A stretch of DNA of 64,000 nucleotides from Gammaproteobacteria bacterium (GTDB lineage: Bacteria; Pseudomonadota; Gammaproteobacteria; SZUA-140): the NCBI GenBank assembly GCA_026981935.1, contig JALSIC010000002.1, positions 5,281 to 69,280 of the forward strand. The letters are read 5' to 3'. This document shows, piece by piece, positions 32,901-42,527 of the stretch. Position numbers and translations under genes: made by a program. The first letter of the stretch is position 1. Every line of letters starts with the position of its first letter. Below the pieces are notes generated by a model. That model had not been told where the DNA came from, did not search any database, and saw nothing but the letters and a program-made list of their open reading frames with translations.

Positions 32901-33513
32901 GTCCCACCTCGCCTTCATCCTGTACATCGACATAGCGGTGATCGTGGCGGATCACCCGTGGCACGGTGATACGGGGCTCGATATTCACGGGTTCATAGAC
33001 CACACGCTGCTTCTCGATATCGTAGCGCATCTCCACATACCCGCTGAGAGGGAAATCCTTGCGAAATGGATGCCCCACGAAACCATAGTCGGTCAGCAGG
33101 CGGCGCAGGTCGGGATGTCCTTCGAAAAGAATACCGAACAGATCGAAGCACTCCCGCTCGTACCAGTTGGCCGAGGCCCAGATGTCCACCACCGATTCCA
33201 GCCGGGGATCCGACTCCTCGACGAAGGTCTTGACGCGCAGGCGCTGATTATGGGCCACTGACAGCAGGTGATAGACCACGGCGAAACGCGGTCCCTGCCA
33301 GGGCTGCTCGCCATATTCCAGGTAATCGACGCCACACAGGTCGATGAGGATCTCGAAGCGGAACGGTTCCTCGTCCCGAAGAACCAAACATATCTCGTGG
33401 AGTTTTTCCCGGGGGACACGGATGGTGAGTTCTCCATGTCGGATCGCCACGTCTTCCAGGGCATCACCGAAGTGATCCCGTACCCGGGCTGACAATGTCT
33501 GGGTATCAGGCAT
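32893..33513 (-). CDS. nuoC: NADH-quinone oxidoreductase subunit C
   Basis: [20 protein letters not shown]. Confidence 0.96.
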   Translation of the reverse strand: MPDTQTLSARVRDHFGDALEDVAIRHGELTIRVPREKLHEICLVLRDEEPFRFEILIDLCGVDYLEYGEQPWQGPRFAVVYHLLSVAHNQRLRVKTFVEESDPRLESVVDIWASANWYERECFDLFGILFEGHPDLRRLLTDYGFVGHPFRKDFPLSGYVEMRYDIEKQRVVYEPVNIEPRITVPRVIRHDHRYVDVQDEGEVGRG

Positions 33514-33522
33514 GATGCGGTC

Positions 33523-33999
33523 TCAGCGGGCTATGGTGTTGGTGCGTTTGATCTTGTTCTGAAGCTGGATGACGCCGTAGAGCAGGGCCTCGGCAGTCGG
33601 CGGGCAACCCGGGACGTAGATGTCCACGGGCACGATGCGGTCACAGCCGCGCACCACGGAATAGGAATAATGATAATACCCTCCCCCATTGGCGCAGGAG
33701 CCCATGGAGATCACCCAGCGCGGTTCACTCATCTGGTCATAGACCTTGCGCAGGGCCGGGGCCATCTTGTTCACCAGGGTGCCGGCGACGATCATGACAT
33801 CGGACTGGCGCGGACTGGGCCGGAACACCACGCCAAAGCGGTCGAGATCGTAGCGCGAGGCGCCGGCATGCATCATCTCCACGGCACAGCAGGCCAGGCC
33901 GAAGGTCATGGGCCACAGGGAACCGGTCCTCGCCCAGTTGATGAGCTTGTCCGCCGTGGTGGTCACGACGCTTTCCTTGAGGATACCTTCGATACCCAT
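33523..33999 (-). CDS. nuoB: NADH-quinone oxidoreductase subunit B
   Basis: [21 protein letters not shown]. Confidence 0.97.
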   Translation of the reverse strand: MGIEGILKESVVTTTADKLINWARTGSLWPMTFGLACCAVEMMHAGASRYDLDRFGVVFRPSPRQSDVMIVAGTLVNKMAPALRKVYDQMSEPRWVISMGSCANGGGYYHYSYSVVRGCDRIVPVDIYVPGCPPTAEALLYGVIQLQNKIKRTNTIAR

Positions 34000-34054
34000 A
34001 CGTCACTTACCCTCTGCCATAGCGATCAAGAATCCAAAATCATCATGCGCTTCC

Positions 34055-34352
34055 CGCGCCCACTCGAAATTGGCGCATCCCCGCTTCGCGGGGCCCCTGC
34101 TTGCTGCTCGGGGCGGCGCGCACGCCTCACCAGACAAACTGCCTGCGCAGCAACTCCGCGCGCTCTTCGCGCCCACTCGCGCCCTCTCGAAATTGGCGCA
34201 TCCCCGCTTCGCGGGGCCCCTGCTTGCTGCTCGGGGCGGCGCGCACGCCTCACCAGACAAACTGCCTGCGCAGCAACTCCGCGCGCTCTTCGCGCCCACT
34301 CGCGGACGCGCGCATCCCCGCTTCGCGGGGCCCCTGCTTGCTGCTCGGGGCG
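34055..34352. repeat. 123-bp tandem repeat (2 copies plus a 43-bp partial third) in the nuoA-nuoB gap
   Basis: 34063-34181 identical to 34186-34304; third partial copy 34310-34352. Confidence 0.92.
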
Positions 34353-34709
34353 CTACTCCCATTCCAGGGCGCCTTTTTTCCATTCGTAGATGAAGCCGAT
34401 GACCAGCAGGCCGAGAAAGATCACCATGGCCATGAAACCGAACATGCCGATCTCGTCCAGGACGATGGCCCAGGGAAAGAGAAAGGCAATCTCCAGGTCG
34501 AAAATGATGAACAGGATGGCCACCAGGTAGTAGCGCACGTCGAATTTCATGCGCGAATCCTCGAAGGCCTCGAAACCACACTCATAGGGCGCAAGTTTTT
34601 CACTGTCGGGGCGTCGCGGGCCCAGCATGAAACCCACCATGAGGGGCATGGCGCCGAAAAAGATGCCGAGCACCAGAAAGACAAGTATGGGAAGATAATT
34701 TTCCAGCAT
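34353..34709 (-). CDS. nuoA: NADH-quinone oxidoreductase subunit A
   Basis: [24 protein letters not shown]; start ATG 34709. Confidence 0.97.
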   Translation of the reverse strand: MLENYLPILVFLVLGIFFGAMPLMVGFMLGPRRPDSEKLAPYECGFEAFEDSRMKFDVRYYLVAILFIIFDLEIAFLFPWAIVLDEIGMFGFMAMVIFLGLLVIGFIYEWKKGALEWE

Positions 34710-34982
34710 CGAGAGGATTCCCCGCCCCGTTTTTCTCAATATATTTATATTTATAATGACAGCGTTACCGCCCGCCCGCGACGCCTCCCACAACGCCCGG
34801 CGAATGGATGAGTCTAGGCCAGCGAATCAGTCCCTGTCAAGCGACGTTTTGGAAGAAAAGAAGGATAATCAACCTGTTATTTCTGTGGATTTAGGGAACG
34901 TTGGAAAGGGAGTAATGAGGGATGAGCAATGAGCGCCAAAAAGCTGCTCCATTTATGCACTCTTGAGCACTCCCTGCCCGAA

Positions 34983-35067
34983 TGGTGCCGATGGCCGGAG
35001 TCGAACCGGCACGGCTTGCGCCACCGCCCCCTCAAGACGGCGTGTCTACCAATTCCACCACATCGGC
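34983..35067 (-). tRNA. tRNA-Leu(GAG)
   Basis: Reverse complement GCCGATGTGGTGGAATTGGTAGACACG...CTTGAGG...GTTCGACTCC...CACCA; long variable arm, anticodon GAG, encoded CCA. Confidence 0.97.
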
Positions 35068-35159
35068 TGAATCTGCCGTAAAAACACACGGCTGCCCTGC
35101 TGCCCCATCAGATCGCACTGCCATGGTGGCATGCAGGCTTCACGACCGGGCATTCCCGG

Positions 35160-35579
35160 CTACGAAGCCCCGCTCTGCGCCCCGCTCCCGCCAGCGGCAC
35201 CATCGCCGGTGGCAGGTTCATGATCCATGGGCACCTGCGGCACATCCAGCGGCACAGGAGGCAGATCAGGCGGCACATCGGGTGCGGATTCAACGGGTTG
35301 CGGCACGGTCTCTTCCACCGGGAGATCCGTCACACTGCGACGCTCTCCCTTCTGCGCATAGAGATAGGCCAGGGTCAGGCTGGTCACGAAAAACACCGTG
35401 GCCAGCACCGCTGTCGTCCGGGTCAGAAAAGAGGCAGATCCCTGGCTGCCGAAAACGGTCTGGGAAGCGCCGCTGCCGAAGGCCGCGCCGATGTCGGCCC
35501 CCTTGCCACGCTGGATCAGGACAAGGCCGATCAGGGCCACGGTAACCAGAATATGAACTACCAGTACGATCGTCAACAT
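35160..35579 (-). CDS. secG: Preprotein translocase subunit SecG
   Basis: VLIQRGKGADIGAAFGSGAS; tpiA-secG-tRNA synteny. Confidence 0.95.
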   Translation of the reverse strand: MLTIVLVVHILVTVALIGLVLIQRGKGADIGAAFGSGASQTVFGSQGSASFLTRTTAVLATVFFVTSLTLAYLYAQKGERRSVTDLPVEETVPQPVESAPDVPPDLPPVPLDVPQVPMDHEPATGDGAAGGSGAQSGAS

Positions 35580-35594
35580 AAAATGCCACTCACA

Positions 35595-36356
35595 TCATGA
35601 CATGGCCGCACGGCAGATGGCCAGGAAATCATCCGCGTGCAAAGAAGCACCCCCGATGAGGCCGCCATCGATATCGGCCATCCCGAACAGTTCCGCGGCA
35701 TTACCCGGCTTGACACTGCCACCGTAGAGAATGCGGATTTCGCCCGCAAGCGCCTTGTCATGCGTTGCAATCCGGCTGCGGATGAAGGCATGCACTTCCT
35801 CGGCCTGGGCAGGCGTGGCCGTCTTGCCCGTGCCGATGGCCCACACCGGCTCATAGGCAATGACTGCCTGTCTCAGCGCCGCCACCCCCTCACCGTCCTG
35901 CAAAAGGGCATCCAGCTGACGCGCCACCACGGCCTCGGTCTGTCCGGCCTCTCTTTCTTCCAGGAGCTCGCCCACGCAGACGATGGGAGTCAGACCGGCA
36001 CGGACGGCCACGCGACACTTTTCCGCCACCAGGGCATCGTCCTCGCCATAGATGTTGCGGCGCTCCGAGTGGCCCACGATCACGTAACGACAGCCAAGAT
36101 CCAGCAGCATGGCATCTGAAATCTCCCCCGTATAGGCACCGGAACCCGCCACCTGGCACAGGTTCTGCGCACCCCAGGCGATCCCGGTGCCCTGCAGGAG
36201 TCCCGCCACCTGCCCCAGATAGACGAAAGGCGGACAGACCGCGACATCCACTCCCCGGACGTCCGCCATGCCACCCTTGAGCCCCTCGATCAGGGCCGCC
36301 ACACTGGCCCTGGAACCATGCATTTTCCAGTTTCCGGCTACCAATGGCCGCCGCAT
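35595..36356 (-). CDS. tpiA: Triosephosphate isomerase
   Basis: AGNWKM, GHSERR, AYEPVWAIGTG, LIGGASL. Confidence 0.98.
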   Translation of the reverse strand: MRRPLVAGNWKMHGSRASVAALIEGLKGGMADVRGVDVAVCPPFVYLGQVAGLLQGTGIAWGAQNLCQVAGSGAYTGEISDAMLLDLGCRYVIVGHSERRNIYGEDDALVAEKCRVAVRAGLTPIVCVGELLEEREAGQTEAVVARQLDALLQDGEGVAALRQAVIAYEPVWAIGTGKTATPAQAEEVHAFIRSRIATHDKALAGEIRILYGGSVKPGNAAELFGMADIDGGLIGGASLHADDFLAICRAAMS

Positions 36357-36454
36357 GCCACGCTCCCCCCGCTATAAGGCTGATTCAAAAACAAACGCTG
36401 GAGTTTACCGGTAGCGGGAGGAAAAAATCAACATGAATGCGGGAACACGCCTCC

Positions 36455-36520
36455 GTCCTCTGTCCTCTGTCCTCTGTCCTCTGTCCTCTGTCCTCTGTCC
36501 TCTGTCTTCCGTCCTCCGTC
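36455..36520. repeat. Heptamer microsatellite (GTCCTCT)7 plus 2 variant units
   Basis: Counted directly; lies between the glmM stop and tpiA. Confidence 0.95.
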
Positions 36521-37892
36521 ACCCGCATGCCTGGTTGCCAGCCGCATTCTGCTGTACCTGCGCAACGGCCCTGGCGAGCTGATCGGCAAGACGCCTTACC
36601 TGGCCGGCATCCGTGCCTTCGACCATGACGCGGATCACCGGTTCGGTACCGGAAGGCCGCAACAGGACCCTGCCCTGATCCCCCAGCTCAGCCTCCACGG
36701 CCTTTACCGCTGCCTGGACCTCGGCCGAATGCCTGCAGTCGAAACCGGCCACCACCGGTACATTGACCATGTGCTGAGGATACTTGTGCATGCCGGCCTT
36801 GAATTCGTGCAGGGGCTGGCCGGCCTTCACCATGGCCGCCAGGACCTGCAGGGCCGAAATGATGCCATCCCCCGTCGTGGTCCGGTCGCGGCAGATGATG
36901 TGCCCCGATGACTCGCCCCCCAGCAGCCAGTCGTTCCGGCAAAGCATATCCAGCACATGGCGGTCACCCACCGCCGCGCGGCGCAATTCCACCCCCAGCG
37001 TGCGCAGCGCATGCTCCAGCCCCAGATTGCTCATCACCGTGCCCACCACGGCACCCTGCAAGCGGCCGGCCTGCTGGCGGGAACGGGCGATGATGAACAG
37101 CAGTTCGTCGCCATCGAGCACTTCGCCCTTGTGATCCACCATCATGACCCGGTCGCCGTCTCCATCCAGGGCGATGCCCAGATCCGCTTTTTCCTCCAAG
37201 ACGCGACGCTGCAGGGTCTCCAGGTGAGTGGCGCCGCATGCCAGGTTGATGTTCAGGCCGTCGGGCTCGGTGCCCACCGCAACCACCTCGGCACCCAGTT
37301 CGGAAAAAACGCAAGGGGCAACGTGATAGGTGGCACCATGGGCACAATCCACGACGATCTTCAGTCCACGCAGGGTCAAGGTGGAGGGGATCGTGCTCTT
37401 GCAAAACTCGATATAACGGCCTGCCGCGTCGCTCACCCGCTCCGCCTTCCCCAGGGATCCGGAGTCACGGGTCTCCATGGGGCGCTCCAGCATGTCCTCG
37501 ATGGCGACCTCGATCTCATCGGGCAGTTTCGTTCCTTCGGCGGAAAAAAACTTGATACCGTTGTCGTAATAGGGATTGTGCGAAGCGCTGATGACGATGC
37601 CCGCCTGGGCCCGCAGTGTACGGGTCAGGTAGGCGATGGCCGGTGTGGGCATGGGACCCAGCAGCAGGATGTCGATGCCCGCGGCCGACAGGCCGGCCTG
37701 CAGGGCGGATTCGAACATGTAGCCGGAAATGCGCGTGTCCTTGCCGATGAGGACGCTGCCGTGGTTTCCATTGGCCAGCACGCGGCCGGCCGCCCAGCCC
37801 AGCTTGAGCACGAAATCAGGCGTAATGGGCGCCTCGCCCACCCGCCCCCGGATGCCGTCGGTCCCGAAATACCGTTTTGTCGTTCCTCCCAT
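36519..37892 (-). CDS. glmM: Phosphoglucosamine mutase
   Basis: [29 protein letters not shown]. Confidence 0.97.
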   Translation of the reverse strand: MGGTTKRYFGTDGIRGRVGEAPITPDFVLKLGWAAGRVLANGNHGSVLIGKDTRISGYMFESALQAGLSAAGIDILLLGPMPTPAIAYLTRTLRAQAGIVISASHNPYYDNGIKFFSAEGTKLPDEIEVAIEDMLERPMETRDSGSLGKAERVSDAAGRYIEFCKSTIPSTLTLRGLKIVVDCAHGATYHVAPCVFSELGAEVVAVGTEPDGLNINLACGATHLETLQRRVLEEKADLGIALDGDGDRVMMVDHKGEVLDGDELLFIIARSRQQAGRLQGAVVGTVMSNLGLEHALRTLGVELRRAAVGDRHVLDMLCRNDWLLGGESSGHIICRDRTTTGDGIISALQVLAAMVKAGQPLHEFKAGMHKYPQHMVNVPVVAGFDCRHSAEVQAAVKAVEAELGDQGRVLLRPSGTEPVIRVMVEGTDAGQVRRLADQLARAVAQVQQNAAGNQACG

Positions 37893-37985
37893 GACCTGTC
37901 ACCTTCTTGTTCTGCAATTGAAATTCAGGCAACTGATACGTTTGGCCGGGGACGGCTGCCATCCCCTGTCCCTTTGCCCTCCACC

Positions 37986-38020
37986 CTCTGTCATCCGTCC
38001 TCTGTCATCCGTCCTCCGGC
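37986..38020. repeat. Heptamer array (CTCTGTC/ATCCGTC), 5 units, overlapping the folP stop
   Basis: Seen directly; the folP TGA lies inside the array. Confidence 0.8.
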
Positions 38021-38851
38021 AACGGCATGACAGATGCGAACCGCGTCCACCGTGGGGCGCACGTCGTGGCAGCGGACGATGGCTGCCCCCTGCCACACCG
38101 CCAGGGTCGCCAGGGCGATGCTGCCATAGAGACGGTCTCCCACCGGGACATCCAGAATACCCCCGATCATGGACTTGCGCGACACGCCCACCAGCACCGG
38201 ACGCCCCATCTCCAGAAAACGATCCAGATGGCGCATCAGTTCCAGGTTATGAGCAAGTTCCTTGCCAAAACCAAAACCGGGATCGATCAGCAGGCGCTCT
38301 TCAGGGATGCCCGCGGCCCGGCAGGCGGCGACCCGTTCCTCCAGGAACGCCAGCACGTCTGCGACCACGTCACGATAACGGGGGGCCTGCTGCATGGTCC
38401 GGGGTTCACCCTGCATGTGCATGAGACAGACCGGCACGCCCGCCGCCGCCGCCGCCTCCAGCGCGCCTGCAACACGCAAGGCCCGCACATCGTTGATCAT
38501 CCCGGCACCGGCGGCAACGGCCTCGCGCATCACCCGCGGCTTGGAAGTGTCGATGGAAACGGGCACGGGCAGCGCCTCAGCCAGGGCCTCGATTACGGGA
38601 ATCACGCGGCGCAGTTCCTCCTCCTCGGCGACAGGCGGCGCACCCGGCCGGGTGGACTCGCCGCCGACGTCGATGATGGCCGCGCCTTCCTCCACCATCA
38701 ACCAGGCGTGGGCGACCGCCGCCTCGCGATCAAAAAAAACACCCCCGTCCGAGAAGGAATCGGGGGTGATATTCAAGATCCCCATGACCTGGGGTTGACG
38801 CAGATCCAGTGCGTGCGAGCCGCACCGCAAGAACCTGCCCGCTTCATTCAC
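37991..38851 (-). CDS. folP: Dihydropteroate synthase
   Basis: MGILNITPDSFSDGG, GGESTRPGA, DPGFGFGK, SRKS. Confidence 0.97.
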   Translation of the reverse strand: MNEAGRFLRCGSHALDLRQPQVMGILNITPDSFSDGGVFFDREAAVAHAWLMVEEGAAIIDVGGESTRPGAPPVAEEEELRRVIPVIEALAEALPVPVSIDTSKPRVMREAVAAGAGMINDVRALRVAGALEAAAAAGVPVCLMHMQGEPRTMQQAPRYRDVVADVLAFLEERVAACRAAGIPEERLLIDPGFGFGKELAHNLELMRHLDRFLEMGRPVLVGVSRKSMIGGILDVPVGDRLYGSIALATLAVWQGAAIVRCHDVRPTVDAVRICHAVAGGRMTEDG

Positions 38852-38891
38852 GACCGCAATCCCTCCCGCGGCCCGGACACCGAAGCACTAC

Positions 38892-40838
38892 TCAGTGCTG
38901 GCTGGCAGGCCCGCCGATCTTGCCGTCAGGGGCGGGCTTGTCACGCTCTTTCTCTGCGTCGTCCGAGTCCGCCGTATCCGGGGCGCTGCCGCTGGAACCG
39001 GGCCCCTCGTACTGACCCCAGTCCCGGGGCGGGCGTGGCTCCTTGCCGGCCATGATGTCGTCGATCTGGTCGCTGTCGATGGTTTCGTACTTCATCAGGG
39101 CATCGGCCATCATGTGCAGCTTGTCCAGGTTCTCCGTGAGGATCTTGCGGGCCCGCTCGTAATTGCGGTCCACGATGGCCCGCACCTCTTTGTCGATGGC
39201 GTGGGCCGTTTCATCGGAGACATTCTTGTGCTGGGTGACGGAATGGCCGAGAAACACTTCGCCTTCCTCTTCGCTGTAGGTCAGCGGCCCCATCTTTTCC
39301 GACAAACCCCACTTGGTCACCATGTTGCGGGCGATCTCCGTGGCCCGCTGGATGTCGTTGGAGGCACCCGTGGTGACCGCATCGGCGCCAAAGATCAGTT
39401 CCTCGGCGACACGGCCGCCGAACATGCTGGAAATCTGGCTCTCCAGGCGTTGCTTGCTGTAGCTGTGGCGGTCCTCCTCGGGCAGGAACATGGTGACACC
39501 CAGGGCCCTGCCGCGGGGTATGATGCTCACCTTGTGCACGGGATCATGGGCAGGCACCAGGCGTCCCACGATGGCATGACCGGATTCGTGGTAAGCGGTG
39601 AGGCGCTTTTCTTCCTCGCTCATCACCATGGAACGGCGCTCCGCACCCATCATGATCTTGTCCTTGGCCTTCTCGAAGTCCTCCATGTCCACCACGCGGC
39701 GGTTGGCACGGGCCGCGAAGAGCGCCGCCTCGTTCACCAGGTTGGCGAGATCGGCGCCGGAAAAACCGGGCGTGCCGCGGGCGATGACCGCCGGCTCCAC
39801 GTTCTCGGCCAGGGGCACCTTGCGCATGTGGACCTTGAGGATCTGCTCCCGGCCGCGGATGTCGGGCAGGGGCACCACCACCTGGCGGTCGAAACGGCCC
39901 GGGCGCAACAGGGCGGGGTCCAGCACATCGGGCCGGTTGGTGGCCGCGATCACGATGACCCCTTCGTTGCCTTCGAAGCCGTCCATCTCCACGAGGAGCT
40001 GGTTGAGGGTCTGTTCCCGCTCGTCGTGACCGCCGCCCAGGCCGGCACCACGGTGACGGCCCACGGCGTCGATTTCATCGATGAAGATGATGCAGGGGGC
40101 ATGTTTCTTCGCCTGCTCGAACATGTCGCGCACCCGGGCCGCGCCCACGCCGACGAACATCTCCACGAAATCCGAGCCGGAAATGGTGAAGAACGGTACT
40201 TTCGCTTCACCGGCGATGGCCTTGGCCAGGAGGGTCTTGCCCGTGCCAGGCGAACCCACCATCAGGACGCCCCGGGGAATTTTCCCCCCCAGTTTCTGGA
40301 ACTTGCTGGGATCACGCAGGAACTCCACCAGCTCGGCCACTTCTTCCTTGGCCTCCTCCACCCCGGCCACGTCGTTGAAAGTGACCTTGACCTGGTCATC
40401 GCTCAGCATGCGGGCCCGGCTGCGACCGAAGGACATGGCGCCCCGGCCTCCGCCCCCGCCCTGCATCTGGCGCATGAAGAAGATCCATACCGCGATCAAC
40501 AGCAGCATGGGGAACCAGGAGATGAAGATCTGCATGAGGAAACTCTGCTGCTCCTGGGGGCGGGCGCGGATCACGACATTGTTGTCCAGCAGGTCACCCA
40601 CCAGGCCGGGATCCCCCGGGCTGTAGGTGGTGAACTTGTCCCCGGCCTGGGTGGAACCGTGGATGGCCCGGCCATCGATCACCACTTCCTTCACATCACC
40701 GTTTTTCACACTCTCGATGAATTCCGAGTAGGAAAGCTGGCGCGAGGCGATCTGGGGCGGGCTGAAATTGTTGAACACGGAAATCAGCACGATGGCGATG
40801 ACCACCCACAAGATGATGTTTTTGACCATGTCGTTCAA
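38892..40838 (-). CDS. ftsH: ATP-dependent zinc metalloprotease FtsH
   Basis: [18 protein letters not shown]; start could be ATG 40829. Confidence 0.98.
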   Translation of the reverse strand: MNDMVKNIILWVVIAIVLISVFNNFSPPQIASRQLSYSEFIESVKNGDVKEVVIDGRAIHGSTQAGDKFTTYSPGDPGLVGDLLDNNVVIRARPQEQQSFLMQIFISWFPMLLLIAVWIFFMRQMQGGGGGRGAMSFGRSRARMLSDDQVKVTFNDVAGVEEAKEEVAELVEFLRDPSKFQKLGGKIPRGVLMVGSPGTGKTLLAKAIAGEAKVPFFTISGSDFVEMFVGVGAARVRDMFEQAKKHAPCIIFIDEIDAVGRHRGAGLGGGHDEREQTLNQLLVEMDGFEGNEGVIVIAATNRPDVLDPALLRPGRFDRQVVVPLPDIRGREQILKVHMRKVPLAENVEPAVIARGTPGFSGADLANLVNEAALFAARANRRVVDMEDFEKAKDKIMMGAERRSMVMSEEEKRLTAYHESGHAIVGRLVPAHDPVHKVSIIPRGRALGVTMFLPEEDRHSYSKQRLESQISSMFGGRVAEELIFGADAVTTGASNDIQRATEIARNMVTKWGLSEKMGPLTYSEEEGEVFLGHSVTQHKNVSDETAHAIDKEVRAIVDRNYERARKILTENLDKLHMMADALMKYETIDSDQIDDIMAGKEPRPPRDWGQYEGPGSSGSAPDTADSDDAEKERDKPAPDGKIGGPASQH

Positions 40839-41036
40839 GTTACTGTCCTCTGACTGGCTGACTCATGAATTCGACTCATGGATTCTGGCCTGTGAATGAA
40901 TAACAGATGATTGTTTGACCACAGAGATCGGATATTAGTTGCATCCATTACCCATCGGCCATTACAAAGGCAGATCAATCCTCAAGTGCTGCCCATCATT
41001 ATGGCATAAAATCAGGGACCTGTTAGCCCGGCCCCC

Positions 41037-41696
41037 TCAATCCTGCCCGATCTCCCCGGTTGATTCCAGCGCCTGCCGGCTGTCGCCACGGAATCCCCGG
41101 CCGAGCACATACACCTCGCGTGACCGGGGCCTGGAAGCGCGGGGCTTGCGTATCAGCACCTTCTCATAGCAAGGATGCAAATCCCTTACCAGCTCCTGAA
41201 ACCCCGCCCCCTGAAATACCTTGGCCACCAGGGCACCGCCCCGGCGCAGCACCGTATTTGAAAATTCAACCGCCAATTCAACGAGATGAATAGACCTCGG
41301 TTGATCCACGGCCCGTACACCACTGATATTGGGCGCCATGTCCGAAATTACAAGATCCACCGGGCGGCCGGCCAGTCTCGCCAGCAGCTGGTCCAGGACG
41401 GCCTGCTCACAGAAATCACCCCGGATGAACTCCACCCCTGCCAGGGGCGCCATGGGCAGAATGTCCACGGCCACGACCCGGCCGGCCGCCCCCACCCGGT
41501 CCGCAGCCACCTGGGACCATCCCCCCGGTGCCGCCCCCAGATCCACCACCGTCATGCCCGGCCTGAACAGGCTGTCCTTGGCATCCAGCTCCAGCAGTTT
41601 GCAGGCAGCGCGGGAACGGTAACCCGCCTGGCGGGCCTGCCGTACATAGGGATCGTTCTCGTGTTCCGCCAGCCAGGAGCTGCGACGCCTTGCCAT
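41037..41696 (-). CDS. rlmE: 23S rRNA Um2552 methyltransferase RlmE
   Basis: GYRSRAACKL, DLGAAPGGWSQ, SDMAPN. Confidence 0.95.
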   Translation of the reverse strand: MARRRSSWLAEHENDPYVRQARQAGYRSRAACKLLELDAKDSLFRPGMTVVDLGAAPGGWSQVAADRVGAAGRVVAVDILPMAPLAGVEFIRGDFCEQAVLDQLLARLAGRPVDLVISDMAPNISGVRAVDQPRSIHLVELAVEFSNTVLRRGGALVAKVFQGAGFQELVRDLHPCYEKVLIRKPRASRPRSREVYVLGRGFRGDSRQALESTGEIGQD

Positions 41697-41726
41697 GGGA
41701 AATCAATCGCTGTCTTTCATGCAGGG

Positions 41727-42050
41727 TCAGGAAAAATCGATGCGCGGCTTTTCCGCCGGCCGGTAGATCACCGCGATGCGCCCGATGTTCTGCACCCAGG
41801 CGCTGCCTGTGGCGCGGCAGATCGCCTCGGTCATGCGCCGGCGGACTTCACGGTCGGCTGCGCCGAGACGGATCTTGATCAGTTCGTGATGCGCCAGGCT
41901 GAGATCGATCTCACGCAGCACGGCCTCGCTGAGGCCCGACTGGCCCGTCGTGACCACCGGCTTGAGCTTGTGGGCCAGGGCACGCAGCCGGCTGCGCTGG
42001 GCCGGCGTCAGTTCCGGGGGTGGTGTCGCACCCTGCGCCATGGCGGGCAT
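41727..42050 (-). CDS. yhbY: YhbY/CRM-domain RNA-binding protein
   Basis: LAHKLKPVV, HHELIKIR, IGRIAVIYR; start may be ATG 42041. Confidence 0.9.
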   Translation of the reverse strand: MPAMAQGATPPPELTPAQRSRLRALAHKLKPVVTTGQSGLSEAVLREIDLSLAHHELIKIRLGAADREVRRRMTEAICRATGSAWVQNIGRIAVIYRPAEKPRIDFS

Positions 42051-42527
42051 TCAGATATATTCCACCGACAGGATCTCGTACTCCTGTTCCCCGCCCGGCG
42101 CCTTGACCACGGCGATGTCTCCTTCCTCCTTGCCGATGAGGGCCCGGGCGATGGGCGAACTGATGGAAATGCGTCCCTCCTTGATATCGGCCTCGTCGTC
42201 GCCGACGATCTGGTAGGTCACCTCCTCCCCCGTGCTCTCGTTGAGCAGGGTCACCGTCGCACCAAAGACGATGCGTCCGCCGGCGTTGATCTTGGTGACA
42301 TCGATGATCTGGGCATTGGCCAGCTTGGCGTCGATCTCGGCAATACGACCCTCGATGAAGCTCTGCTGCTCCTTGGCTGCCTGATATTCGGCGTTCTCAC
42401 GCAAATCGCCGTGCTCCCGGGCCTCGGCAATGGCCTCGATCACCCGCGGGCGCAAAACGGTCTTGAGTTCATGCAGTTCCTGGCGCAGCCGTTCCGCTCC
42501 TCTGGTCGTCATAGGCACTTTGTTCAT
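42051..42527 (-). CDS. greA: Transcription elongation factor GreA
   Basis: [20 protein letters not shown]. Confidence 0.97.
   Translation of the reverse strand: MNKVPMTTRGAERLRQELHELKTVLRPRVIEAIAEAREHGDLRENAEYQAAKEQQSFIEGRIAEIDAKLANAQIIDVTKINAGGRIVFGATVTLLNESTGEEVTYQIVGDDEADIKEGRISISSPIARALIGKEEGDIAVVKAPGGEQEYEILSVEYI

Noticed and set aside
34055-34352. Possible CRISPR array
   Set aside because: Units are contiguous identical 123-mers without unique spacers, and there are no cas genes in the window
34003-34581. ORFs reading through the 123-bp repeats (34003-34581 -, 33908-34393 +, 34101-34811 +)
   Set aside because: They are open only because the period is a multiple of 3 and the DNA is GC-rich; they overlap nuoA/nuoB and have no credible start
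34983-35067. tRNA-Leu as an island integration site
   Set aside because: No integrase or duplicated tRNA 3' end seen; flanks are the normal secG and nuoA genes
40860-40885. 13-bp direct repeat GACTCATGRATTC upstream of ftsH (similar short duplications at about 22657-22680 and 27296-27318)
   Set aside because: Too short to distinguish from chance slippage, and no known operator match
41727-42050. yhbY co-directional with greA and rlmE rather than divergent from rlmE as in E. coli
   Set aside because: Probably ordinary lineage variation in gene order; no inversion scars seen
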